From Octopus sinensis (lineage: Eukaryota), in NCBI RefSeq assembly GCF_006345805.1, contig NC_043020.1, positions 16,430,001 through 16,494,000 on the forward strand: a DNA stretch of 64,000 nucleotides, given 5' to 3'. Shown here in pieces: positions 51,061-63,808 of this stretch. A program made the position numbers and the translations under genes. Below the pieces are notes generated by a model. It ran no database searches, was not told the DNA's origin, and saw only the letters and a program-made list of their open reading frames with translations. How positions within the stretch are numbered: the first letter of the stretch is position 1; each line of letters starts with the position of its first letter.

Positions 51061-53094
51061 ATGTGTTTATGTGTGTATACAATTAAAACTTACTTTTTCT
51101 CCTACATGGTCATACATTAATAATTTTCAAAAATATATTGATTGAAATATGTAGGAATCAATTTTTTCTTTATTTTTTTTTTTCTTACGTTGTCTCTCTT
51201 TCATTTTTCTCCTGGTTTAATCTCGCTACTCATTTTTTTTTTTTCCCAGCTTAGCTTCATGTATCTTTTGGACGTTTAGAAATTAACTATTCAAACTCTC
51301 AATAATAATAATAATAATTATTATTATTATTATTATAATGATAATAATAATAATAATAATATCCGACTCTCCACCCCTTCCACAGAAAAGACAGAAAGAA
51401 GAAATTGCAATCACTGCATTGAGTGATTTTTTTTGTTTTTGTCAATCTCCTATCTGCAGTTGTTTTTCAATAGCTGCCTGTATTAGTAGCAGTAGTAGCT
51501 GTATCCAACCATTGCAATATGTGTGTGAGAGAGAGAGAGAGAGATCAATAGCTAATGATCATGTCAGAACTGATGCCTCAGCACATCTGTTTCACTAGGT
51601 CAAGGGATAAAAAAACACTTTTGATATTGGAAGATTATTTTACATCTACTAAAATCTGCTTACTACTGGAATTAAAATATTCTCTGTTAGCCACAAACTT
51701 TATTTATATTCAGTATTAGGGTGCCTTCTTTGATTTTTTTTTTTTTTTTTTTGCTGAATTTTTTTTTTTTTTTCATCCTGACTTCAGGACATAATAAAAT
51801 TCTGGAATGAACATGTAATATGCATTATTAAATTACAGATTCAACATTTAAATAATAATAATAATAATAATAATAATGATAATGTTTATTACTAACATGC
51901 TAAATTTAGAATGATTTTGCTGTATGTCTAGAAGAGAAAACAAAAAAGCATTTGCATTGGAAAATTCTAATATTCAAATATATTTCCTTGCCTTATTCAT
52001 TAGTTATAACGATGAGGAATTATATTTACAGTAGCATCTTTTCTCAAGAGAAGAATTTCTACTGTTGAATTTATATGTCATTGTAATTATATTTATATTC
52101 ATGATAATATTCTGTTATCTTCAATATCAGATCTCTCAACTTCTCAACATTGTCCTTCACTTGAAATTCCAAGGTCACTTTCGTCTCTTTATTCAATAAC
52201 CAACAACTGTGTGAGAATTTTATTGATAATATATTCAGAATATTAAGAATTCTTTACATACACATGATATTTATAGCAAAACGAGAGAGGATTATTGATA
52301 TTCATGCATTTCCACATCCTCCTGTTTGGCAAGTCGTTACCCTTTCCAGCTACCATACAACATCAGATACATAAAGAAATAGTACTAATTATCTGAAATG
52401 TATACAACAACAACAACATATATATGTGTATATATAGGTATATATATGTGTGTGTGAAGGTGCATGGCTCAGTGGTTAGAGCGTCAAGCTTACGATCGTG
52501 AGGTTGTGAGTTCAAATCCCAGACCGGGCTGCATGTTGCGTTCTTGAGCAAGACACTTTATTTCACGTTGCTCCAGTTCACTCAGCCTTTCCCTTGGATA
52601 ACACTGGTGGTGTGGAGACGGGAGGTCGGTATGCATGGGTGACTGCTGCTCTTCCATAAACAACCTTGCCCGGACTTGTGCCTGGGAGGGTAACTTTCTT
52701 GGTGCAATCCCATGGTTAATCATGACCGAACGGGGTCTCAGCATGTATATATACATATATATATATAGTTTTGCTTTGTTCATGGAGAAAGGATCTCAGC
52801 ATGAACAAATCACAAGTTTGAAGATTCCTTATATTGCATCAAGTTTGTGTTTTGATAGATTTTTTTTTTGCAATGATTTCTGCCAAAAATCAAGTATTGT
52901 TAATCTATTAACATGTTTACCACCACAGTCTGTTACTGGAACTTACCTGTTACACCACATATTTCATGTGTTATTATGCACAGTGCACTATTACATTATT
53001 TACAATATTTTGTAATTAAACGTTAATATTTAGCACTCATGTTATTTAATATTTGATAGTACTCATCTTATTTAAATATCCTTGATGCTCTTTT

Positions 53095-53465
53095 ACTCTT
53101 TTACTTGTTTCAGTTATTTGACTTCGGCCATGCTGGAGCACCGCCTTTAGTCTAGCAAATCAACCCCAGGACTTATTCTTTGTAAGCCTAGTACTTATTC
53201 TATTGGTCTCTTTTGCCGAACCGCTAAGTTATGGGGACGTAAACACACCAGCATTGATTGTCAAGTGATGTTGGGGGGGACAAACACATATACATATATA
53301 CGACAGGCTTCTTTTCAGTTTCCATCTACCAAATCCACTCACAAGGCTTTGGTTGGCCCGAGGCTATGGTGGAAGACCCTTGTCCAAGGTGCCATGCAGT
53401 GGGACTGAACCTGGAACCATGTAGTTGGTAAGCAAGCTACTTACCACACAGCCACTCCTGCACCT
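53095..53465 (-). mobile_element. SINE family A, well preserved
   Basis: Complete tail-body-head. Confidence 0.88.
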
Positions 53466-54043
53466 ACAGAATAAAATATTTTTTCTCAAATTATGAAAAT
53501 GTATCGCTGGTGGTACATATATGGCATTTGTGTGTATTTTGCAATAAACCACTGATGGTATACGTGGCAGTTAGTGTATTAAATTCCTCTTGGGCAGATA
53601 TCCACAGCCATTGCTAAATCACAAACAGCATAAAACTGCAATTCAAACAGTTCTGTTGTTTGGGGTTCAAACACTGGAACTAAACACTCTTTTGTGTGTG
53701 AAACAAAGTTTAGCCTCATCTTAGAAAGAACTTCCTGTTGAAAGACTCCTTATTTGCTCCATGTGCATTTATTTTTTACACTTGATCCAGAATATTGCCT
53801 CAGATTTTTCCTTCATTTGATTTCTGAGCCTAATTGGTGGTAGAATCAGTGATACCATGTATTAATGATTTATTAATTTATGATTTGATTAGGAAATTGA
53901 TACCCAGGTATCAATATCTTCAGCTTTACCTTTCAGCATTGATAAGATAAAGTACCTGGGGCAGATGGTATTGACTAATCCTTTCCCCTTAAAACTACTT
54001 GCTTTATGCCTAAATTATAAACCATATATTATTATTATTATCA

Positions 54044-54073
<30 letters not shown>

Positions 54074-54074
<1 letters not shown>

Positions 54075-54955
54075 CACTGGGGTAGTGAAATGGCAGAAAT
54101 GTTAGTATGCCAGGCAAAATGCTAAGCTGCATTTCATCCATCTTCATGTTAGAACATTTGTACTTTAGAAAGTACAAATTTTGCCAAGGTTGACTTTACC
54201 TTTCATCTTTTTGGAGTCAGTAAACTAAGTACCAGTTGAGCACTGGGGTTGATGAAATCGACTAGCTACTTCCCCAGAATTTTCAGCTTTTGAGCCAATA
54301 GTAGAAAGGATTATTGTTGATTTTATTAAGACAGCAAGCTGGCAGAATCATCACATTCTGAGTTCAAATACCATCAGGGTCATCTTTGCTTTCATCTTTT
54401 TGAGGTTGATAAAATAGGTACCAGTCAAGCACTGGAGTTTATGCAAACTTACCTCCTACCCAAAAACTGCTGGCTTTGTGCCAAAATTTGAATTCATTAT
54501 TATGATTATTATTATTATATTATTATTATTATTATTATTATCACTGGGGTAGTGAAATGGCAGAAATGTTAGTATGCCAGGCAAAATGCTAAGCTGCATT
54601 TCATCCATCTTCATGTTCTAAAGTACAAATTTTGCCAAGGTTGACTTTACCTTTCATCTTTTTGGAGTCAGTAAACTAAGTACCAGTTGAGCACTGGGGT
54701 TGATGAAATCGACTAGCTCCTTCTCCAGTATTTTCAGCTTTTGAGCCAATAGTAGAAAGGATTATTATTGATTTTATTAAGACAGCAAGCTGGCAGAATC
54801 ATCACATTCTGAGTTCAAATACCATCAGGGTCATCTTTGCTTTCATCTTTTTGAGGTTGATAAAATAGGTACCAGTCAAGCACTGGAGTTTATGCAAACT
54901 TACCTCCTACCCAAAAACTGCTGGCTTTGTGCCAAAATTTGAATTCATTATTATG

Positions 54956-54988
<33 letters not shown>
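54074..54988 (+). repeat. ~467-bp tandem duplication of a two-SINE block joined by (ATT)n
   Basis: tcactggggtagtgaaatggcag at 54074 and 54541; few substitutions; 18-nt templated insertion in copy 1. Confidence 0.9.
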
Positions 54989-54990
<2 letters not shown>

Positions 54991-55221
54991 GTAAAGCAGT
55001 GAGCTGGCAGAATTGTTAGTGCACTGAGGGAAATCTTTAGTGGCATTTCATCTATCACTACATTCTGAGTTCGAATTCCACCAAGGTTAACTTTGCCTTT
55101 CATCATTTTGGGGTCAATAGATTAAGTACCAGTGGAACCCTGGGGTCGATGTAATCGACTAGTCCCCTCCCCCAAAATTTTAGGCTTTGTGCCTTTAGTA
55201 GAAAAGATTATTACTATTATT

Positions 55222-55625
55222 ACTTTGTCACACAGTCTAGATGGAAAATGCACTGGCGTTTTTAATCATCTGTCAAGTCACAATAAGGGCTTCAGACAGA
55301 TATTTTTCTTAAAATATGCACACAGTTCCTAGTAAGGTTGATGGGTTTTTTTATGACTCAATCTTGCATGATATTCCCAACCACTTTAAGAAGCCTTGAA
55401 GTTTTAATGGGGTTGATCCTAATGCCCTGATTGCAACTGGTATCACTTTTACAGTGCCTTTTCACATTCCAAGCAGTTTTGCCATCTCCACTCCCAGTTC
55501 GGAGTACATGGTAATTCTGTCAACCTCTTTACTCAAAATATTCAAGTAATTTGGTATGGTTATGTCAATGACCTGACCATATTTGTCTTGTTTAGTCTGT
55601 CCACAAGCAGTCAGTCATGCGCAAT
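55222..55625 (-). mobile_element. R4/Dong-like non-LTR retrotransposon 3' remnant (REL endonuclease)
   Basis: Minus strand reads piecewise QVIDITIPNYLNI../EVDRITMYSELGVEMAK..VKVIPVAIRALGSTPLKLQGFLKWLGI, parallel to the 62846-63232 peptide; ends in (TAA)n. Confidence 0.6.
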
Positions 55626-56015
55626 TACTCTCTCAGAAAATCATAGTCTCAGAATATTGTTACTTTCTCATCCTCTGGCATCACTTTTGCTAGACATATG
55701 CTCATACCAATTCTTTCTTTCTTCATATTGGTATTTACAACATAAAAGCTAATGACGGTACAAACAGACTTTATCATAGCAGCACTATTATTATTTGACA
55801 AGCTGGCAGAATCGTTAGCACACCTGGCAAAATGTTTAACAGCATTTTGTCTGTCTTTATGTTCTGAGTTCAAACTCCACTAAGGTCAACTTTGCCTTTC
55901 ATCCTTTCTGGGTCAATAAAATAAATACCGATGGAACACTGGGGTTGATGTAATCAATTGGTTCTTCTCCACACAAAGATTTCTGGCCTTGTATCTTTAG
56001 TAGAAAGGATTATTA

Positions 56016-56051
<36 letters not shown>

Positions 56052-56076
56052 TATTATTGTTATTATTATTATTATT

Positions 56077-56632
56077 GAGTGAGAGAGCAGTGCATGCCAT
56101 CAAAGTGACACTGGGGTAAAATATACGAAGCCCAGTATACCCATCATGACTACTTGTCTGATAAGGGTACACCAGGCACATGAATCACAACCATATGTGC
56201 GCGATATTGTGATCTCATATCAAGATAAACAGCGCATGTCCTTGCAAGTGGGGCCAAGTTAGCTTTTTCTTCTGGTCGACTAGCCCATCCCGCTCAAAAG
56301 GTCCTTGAATAAGGATTGTTTAAGGATGTTGAACGAACCACCCATGTTTCCAAAGGTGAATTATCCAAACCTCCAAGAATTCCTTTCAACACACTGCTAT
56401 GATGCTCCCCAACTACTTCTGCTCATGCTCAGAGATGCACATATCAGCAGCCTCTAAGGGACATGCTCAACTGGTTACAGTCAAACAACTGACGAGCAAA
56501 TCGGTGGTATTAAGCAGAATATTTGCTATAGCCCATCTTTTATACCAAGACAAAACAATGTACATGATAACACTTCCAGTCAGTTAAGATCAGAAGCCAT
56601 GAGAGCCACTGTCTGGTACTGCATCAGGGCAT
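56077..56632 (-). mobile_element. ~555-bp non-coding element embedded in (ATT)n, unknown family
   Basis: (ATT)n on both sides; more GC-rich than flanks; a related fragment at ~42010 (gggagcatcatagccatg). Confidence 0.6.
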
Positions 56633-56678
56633 TTATTATTATTATTACTACTACTACTACTACTACAACTACTACTAT

Positions 56679-56710
<32 letters not shown>

Positions 56711-57138
56711 TTACTATTATTATTATTATTACTTTTGTAGTATGGAAACATTGTTTTAGCTTCTCCCTTTGTAACTACATTTATTCAAACACTGCCATGT
56801 GAAATTTTCTTTGTAGTTCTTGTAAAAAGATCTATAATTGCCTTAGGAGGGACTGTTTTTAATACCTGAGGGCAGGCAACAGGAAAAAAACGTTTGTTTC
56901 ACAAACTTTTCAAATTTTATTTACACACATTATATTTCCACATCTAAAAATGGCTACCACCCATAATTATGTCTCATGACTAAACACCACAATGGCTAAA
57001 AGCAGCACGGAATTAAAACACATGACTAAATGGATGAGAGGAAGAAGAAAATGAACATAGTAAATTGTGAAGAAAATGTCCCAAATATTCAAATAATTAC
57101 TCTGGAAGATAACAGTAGGAACAACAATAGTAGTAACT

Positions 57139-57990
57139 CTTACATTACATTACATAACCATGTAGTCTGGCTGACCATTGGGACAGCACTGATGTCTTTG
57201 CAAACAGATCCCTCCACCCGTGTCGGTCATCTACCTCTCACATTGTGTCTCTCATCTTTAAGCCTGTGCGCTCACAGATGTTGTTTTCCCACCTCTTTCT
57301 CTGTCTGCCTCTGTGTCTACCACCTTTGATTGTTCCCTGAAGGATTGTTTTGGCCATCCCTATTGAGCGGGTGACATGCTCAAACCACCTGAGCTTGCGA
57401 AATGCCTAGCAGTATTTTGTCTGTCTTTACATTCTAAGTTCAAATTCCTCCGAGGTTGACTTTGCCTTCCATCTTTTTGGGGTTGACAAATTAAGTACCA
57501 GTTACGTACTGGGGTCAATCTAATTGACTGGCCCCCTCCCACCAAAATTTTGGGCCTTGTGCCTAGAGTAGAAAAGATTGTTATTACTATTATTAAGAAG
57601 GTGGCAAGCTGGGTCAATAAAATAAGTACCAGTTGAGTACTGGGGTCAATGTAATTGACTAGCCCCCTCCCCTCAAATTTCAGGCCTTGTGCCTTTAGCA
57701 GAAATGATTATTATGTTGTTTTCCCACCTCTTTCTCTGTCTGCCTCTGTGTCTACCACCTTTGATTGTTCCCTGAAGGATTGTTTTGGCCACCCCTGTTG
57801 AGCGGGTGACATGCTCAAACCACCTGAGCTTACATTTCTTTACTGTGTAAGAAGTTTCTCATAGGGGCTGCCTTATTTTTCTTTTCACTTCCTCATTTGT
57901 TAATTTGTGGCACAATCTCTGTATGATATTCTCAAAAGTCTCTTGAAATATTTCATCTCTATAGCCTGGATTCTTACACCATACCAAGTA
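57139..57990 (-). mobile_element. RTE (BovB-like) LINE 3' fragment interrupted by a SINE block with a 119-bp duplication
   Basis: RKLRWFEHVTRSIGMAKTILQGTIKGGRHRGRQRKRWENNI...DRHGWRDL; upstream RIQAIEMKYFKRLLRISY; (ATGTA)n tail. Confidence 0.8.
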
Positions 57991-58559
57991 TTGTGGTTTC
58001 TTTATTCTGCAGCTGTCATCATCATCATCATCATCATCATTTAACGTCCGCTTTCCATGCTAGCATGGGTTGGACGGTTCAACTGGGGTCTGGGGAGCCC
58101 GAAAGCTGCACCAGTCCAGTCAGATCTGGCAGTGTGTAAAAGACAAATCTTCCCTGAATGCTAAATGGACAAACTGAAATGTTGGCTCTATCACTGTTAC
58201 TAGAAATGGGAGAATTTTGTAAAACTGAACAATAAGAGATAATCTTCGTAACAAGAGATAATCCAGAAGATGGTGAAAAGCAAAATTATATGTCTCTGCT
58301 AATGAAATTTCTCATGTCATGTGATACAACAATATATCCTCTAGGATATATTGGGAGAAATTATCTAAATTGGAAAATGACAAAAAACTATAGCATTATC
58401 TGCTATAATTTTAAAACTGAAAAATTCAGCCAAAACACAGGCTGAAAGTATCAGACATACCTATGATTATATATATCCCAGTACATGTTTCTAAGAAACT
58501 CAGTTTCTTGTGGAAGGAATGTGTTCTACTAGTTGGGTGGTTCATCTGCTACCAAGACC

Positions 58560-59365
58560 TTCTACAAGGCATGTTGGTCATGCATTGACACAGATGTGCT
58601 GAGGCTGTGTCACTTGCAGAGATTCCTAGATGGTGAAAGGATGTGGGCAGCATTCATGAGACATATCTTTTGATATCTGCAGTCCTGAGTGAAGCAAAGA
58701 TCAAAATATGATGCACAGCATCTAGAATGTTGTGAGGCGCTCACCACCCACTACCAGTCAAACAACAGGATTGGGGTATATTCCACTACATCAATTTATA
58801 GAGGATTAGTGTCAGAGAAGAGTGTTAATGTCCTCAAGGAAGCTCTGTCAGCAAAAGCAAACTGGTTAGTCTGTTCTGGAGGACTTTCAGATCAGGGACT
58901 ATTACAGATAATTTTGAGATGGCTTTGGCCTGACAGTGTTACCAAGGGCCACTTATTTGAGGTAAAATCTATAGACGTGGAAGTGTCATCTGACATGTCT
59001 GTCTGAAAATACATACACAGAGCAATAAAATTGATTTTCTACTCTCTTATTCAGTATCTGGGCATTGCTGACTTGTGGATTTATGTCAAACAACTACTGT
59101 CCCAACTGGGTCCATTGCAATAATTTCCCTGCTTCCTTCCTTTTCTTTTATCTGATGTCTATAGGGAAAAGAAGGTTCTGTGACTGACCAAGTTGAGAGG
59201 TATGAGGGTAGAGACTTTCCACTTAGTGCAGCCCTTATCAGCCTTTTCAATTTTCTCTTGAAAAGAAAGGTGAGGATGGGGAGAGGGAGGTGCTGTCTTT
59301 GAGTGAACTTATTAAAGGTGGGTATAAGTGGTAGAAATAGCAAGAGCAGATGGGGCCGCTCTAAG
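58560..59365 (+). mobile_element. Tx1/L1-like LINE C-terminal remnant, highly degenerate
   Basis: Piecewise DNFEMALA*QCYQGPL..KIYRRGSV..VCLK and LKRKVRM../EVLSLSE..RWV.VVEIARADGAAL; many stops. Confidence 0.45.
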
Positions 59366-59389
59366 CCTATAAATTAGAGAATGATAATT

Positions 59390-60210
59390 TTATCGCTGAA
59401 CAAAATGCTTAGCAGCATTTTCACCTGTTGCTATATTCTGAGTTCAAATTCCACTGAGGTCGACTTTGCCTTTTATCCTTTTGGAGTCAATAAATTAAGC
59501 ATCAGTGAACCACTGGGGTTGATGTAATCGACTAGTAACCTCTCCCAAAATTACAGGCTTTGTGTCTTTAACAGAAAGGATTAATATTATCATTAAGATG
59601 GTGAGCCTGCAGAATCATTACTGTCCCACCAAAGTCAACTTTGCCTTTCATTCTTTCATATCCAATACGTAAGTAGTAGTCATGTACTGGAGTTGATGTA
59701 ATCAATTACAGCCCTTCTCTCAAAATTTCAGGTCTTGTGTCTATAGTAGAAAGGATTATTATTATGATTAAGGTGGCAAGCTGGCAGAATCATTAGCATG
59801 TTGGATAAAATTGCTAAGCAACATTTCTTCTAGCTCTTTACATTCTGAGTTCAAATTCTATCAAGGTTGACTTTGTCTTTCATCTTTTAGGAATCAGTAA
59901 AATAAGTATTAGCTGATGTAATTGACTTGCCCTCACTCCTAAAATTGCTGGGCCTGTTGCTGAAATCTGAAACCATTGTTATTATAGTTTTGGTGAGCTG
60001 GCAGAATCATTAACACACCAGGCTAAATGCTTACCAGCATTTCATCCATCTTTACAGTCTGAGTTCAAATTCTATCAAGGTCAACTTTGCTTTTCGTCCT
60101 CTCTGGGTCAATAAAATAAGTACCAATTAAGCACTGTGGTCGATGTAATTGACTTACCCCTCTTCCCCCCGAAATCACTGGCTTTGTGCCAAAATTTAAA
60201 ACCATTATTA
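59390..60210 (+). mobile_element. Head-to-tail stack of about four family-M SINEs (similar stack at ~61090-61535)
   Basis: Repeated ggcaagctggcagaatc...gagttcaaattc...ctttgcctttcatcc...gatgtaatcgact...gaaaggattattatt units. Confidence 0.8.
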
Positions 60211-60884
60211 TATTTTTTCCATGTTCTTTTTAAAATAAAGATTTTGTCAATATCTGGTTAAGTAAATTTAAATTTTAAAAAAAAAAAAATTCGAAAAGCA
60301 TTAAAAAAATATTATCATTGGTTAAAAAAGAAATAACTAGTGTGAGGTTTTGTTGTTATTGTTATTGCTGTAGATATCATGTTCGAATTTATTGGCAATC
60401 TTCTAGAAAGGAAATCTGTTCAAAATCAATACACTGCTGATTAAATTGAAGAATATGTTTGAGTTAATGCTTCTCAAGATAATTTATAATAAATGATGAG
60501 TTGCTGTCTAACAGATGCCGTAATCAAACACTTTTATGATTTAGACTTCGCCATCATTTATTTATTCATTTATCTTTTCTTTTTTGTGGATATATAAACT
60601 CTTTAATCATTTTAGAAAATAATTTTCCACAGACATTTTAAATGTTCTAGAAACATTCTTTTTTTTTCCTTTCTTTATGTCATATGGCGTTGTTATGTAC
60701 GAGGGTATGGTTACATTGCAGTGTTGATTTCATTTGTGTTTTTAACAGTTTGCAATTCAGAAATTGTTTGTCGTTGTCATTTGATTTTAATTTAACAACA
60801 AATCATGGTTCTCTCAATTTAGGAGATATTCAGCAGTATACACAAACACATATACATGAATAAGGAAGTGTTGTATGGTTGTAG

Positions 60885-61010
60885 CTTTTTTTTTTACCTT
60901 GAACTGCCGGACTTTGGAACTCTCTTCCATCTCGATCTTTTCCTCCTTCATATGACCTAAACTCTTTCCAGTCTAAAGTAAATTCATTCCTTTTGTCTTA
61001 ATTTCTCCTT
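60885..61010 (+). mobile_element. CR1/Jockey-group LINE 3' coding end
   Basis: FF.*TAGLWNSLPSRSFPPSYDLNSFQSKVNSF, the F.RT..LWNSLP..FP..YDL..FK..VN pattern. Confidence 0.6.
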
Positions 61011-62023
61011 CTTCATAGTCCCTTATCTTGTTTGGGACTTTCTTATAGAAAGAAAACATCAGTGATGGCTTTGTTGAGTAGAAAGTGCTAATATGGCAGA
61101 CAAGCTGGCAATATCGTTAACATGCTGGGCAAAATGCTCAATGGTTCAGTGGCATTTTATTTGTCTCTAACATCCTAACTTTGAATCCCACTGAGGCCAA
61201 CTTTGCCTTTCATCCTTTTTGGGTCAATAAAATAAGTACCAGTTGAACACGGGATCAATGTAATCAACTTAACCCACCCCTGAAATTGCTAGTTTCATGC
61301 CAAAATTTGAAACTACTATTTCAGGTAACCTGGCAGAATCATTAGCACACTGGGCAAAATGCTTAACAGTATTTTATCTGTCTCTACGTTCTGAGTTCAT
61401 ATTCCACCAAGGTTGACTTTGCCTTTCATCCTTTCAGGGTTGATAAGATAGGTACCTGTTGAACACTGGGTTGATGTAATCAACTTGCCCTCTCCACCAA
61501 AATTCCTGGTCTTCTGCCAAAATGTGAAACCATTATTTCAATCCTTATTACATAACTTTGTTATATTCTGCAATAAGATATTCAAGTATATCTGTGACTG
61601 TTATGGTTGAATCAACTTCCTCAGATGTGCCCTTATTTCTTCCTCTTTTATTACTACAAAATCACCAGAATTTTTAACTAATTAGCCTCTATTTCATCAG
61701 TCCATCACCCTTTAAACACTTCACAAAATCCTTACTCTCCAGAACTGCAACCACCTGGAATTCTTCCCTTGCTCATACTGACCTACAACAGTCTCACCTG
61801 TCTCAGATACCCTGCAGATGCTTTAGAAATTTCTCCTCTTCCTCTATATTATTTATCTATTTGCATATAATAGTGTTGGTTGTTACTGATTTCTAACGAC
61901 GTATGCACTGATTAATTGTGTTTATATCAACATCAGTGATAAGGAATTATTTGTGCAACTTGAACAGAACAAACATTGCACAGGCTTTTTTGGTGGCCAT
62001 GCTCATATACAGTAGTGAAATGT

Positions 62024-62069
<46 letters not shown>

Positions 62070-62689
62070 GCACAGGTATGGCTGTGTGGTTAAGAAGTTT
62101 ACTTTCTAACCACAAAGTTTCATGTTCAGTCCTACTGCATGGTACCTTAATTTAATTTGGTAGATATGCTTGAATATCTTGATGTAGAATATAACAAAAT
62201 ATGTAATAAGGATTGAAATAATGGTTCCACATTTTGGCAGAAGACCAGGAATTTTGACAGAGGGAGTAAGTTGATTACATCAACCCCAATGTTTAACTGG
62301 TACCTGTCTTATTGATCCTAAAAGGATGAACGGCAAAGTCAACCTTGGTGAAATATGACTCAGACCACAGATATGAAAGAAGCTCATCATGTGTGCTATT
62401 GTGTGTGAGTATGTGTCTGCCTTGATGTCATGTGATAGTTGTAAAAAGGTGTCACCATGATACTAGCAGTGTTGTTCATTTCCAGTATTCTATGAAAACA
62501 TGTTCAGTAATGGGGGGATTATCACCTTGCTTGAAAACAGCTGAGAGTTGACACCAGAAACGACATCTGGACATGAAAAATATTCTGCCTCAATATTGGG
62601 GTCAATATAATCGATTTATCCCCTCCTCCCAAATTTCAGGCCTTGTGCCTTTAGCAGAAAGGATTATTGTTATTTTTATTATTATTATT

Positions 62690-63738
62690 CTATATTTGAC
62701 TTTTGCTTTACATTTGTACAAGTTGGCTCACCCAGAGACCTCAAGAGACAAGTTGGAAGTTCATATATTTGGTTTTGCACTTATTGTTGTACTAGTGAAT
62801 GTCTAAGAAACCATGCGAAAATTATGTTTGTTTTAAAACTTGAGATCACATAGAAAGTATTTTGTGTAGGATATGAGCAGTTCCCATGAGCACTATCTTT
62901 TGAATTTCTGCCATTTTGGGGTTTCCTGGTATCTGAGTTAGGTAGCAATCAGTCCCTTTCGCTATCATTCCCAGGGCACCTATGACAACAGGTATTGTTT
63001 TAGTCTTCAGCTTCCACATTTTGCTGATTTCTATTTCAAGATCTTTATATTCGCTCAGTTTTTGGTAGGTCTTGACAGATACGTTTATATCGATTGGGAC
63101 AGTCATATCAATGAGGAGGCATGTTCTTTGTCTGAAGTCTTTCAATATGATGTCTAGCCTATTTGCATCTATCTTTCTGTCAGTTTGAATGGTGAAGTTC
63201 CAGAGGAGTGAGATGTGATCATTTTCAAGCACTGGGGGTGGTTTGTGTTCCTACCAGTTTTTATCATGGGGCAAGTCCAGGCTTTTGCAAATTACCCAGT
63301 GAATATATTGTGCAGCTCTATCATGCCTGTTGAGATACTCTGTAGGCACAAGAATACTGCACTTGGAGACAACATGATCAATGGTTTCATTTTGTTGTTG
63401 ACATACATGACATGTTGGGCTACTGCCGTTCTTTAATATGTTGGCCTGGTAGTTCCTTGTAGGTAGGCATCGATCTTGAGCTGCCATGATAAACCCTTCT
63501 GTTTCAGATTTTAAGCCAGAGGCCATTAGCCATTGATGAGTCAGGGCTTTGTCAACATCGGCATTTTTCGCTCTCTTTGGGTATTTGCCATTGAGAGGTT
63601 TTTCTTGCCATTTATCAATCAGAATATCTAAGGCAGCAGTTTTAACACGGGTTTTCATGCGCTTAGCTTTTTCTGTGCTTGTTTCTTGTATGTCTAATTC
63701 CGAAATTTGTTGCATTCAGAATTCACTTAGATATTCCT
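62690..63738 (-). mobile_element. 5'-truncated R4/Dong-like retrotransposon (CCHC + restriction-like endonuclease) in (TAA)n
   Basis: LKSETEGFIMAAQD...CHVC..NETIDHVVSKC...RHD (63251-63715) and LWNFTIQTDRKIDANRLDII..CLLIDMTVP.D...K.YQKL..Y..PVVIGALG..IQK.VLMGT (62846-63232); (ATT)n on both sides. Confidence 0.85.
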
Positions 63739-63758
63739 TATTATTATTATTATTATTA

Positions 63759-63808
<50 letters not shown>

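Noticed and set aside
60898-60972. Apparent 75-nt minus-strand exon (WKEFRSYEGGKDRDGREFQSPAVQ) with AG/GT ends
   Set aside because: It is the antisense of a CR1-type LINE C-terminal coding segment
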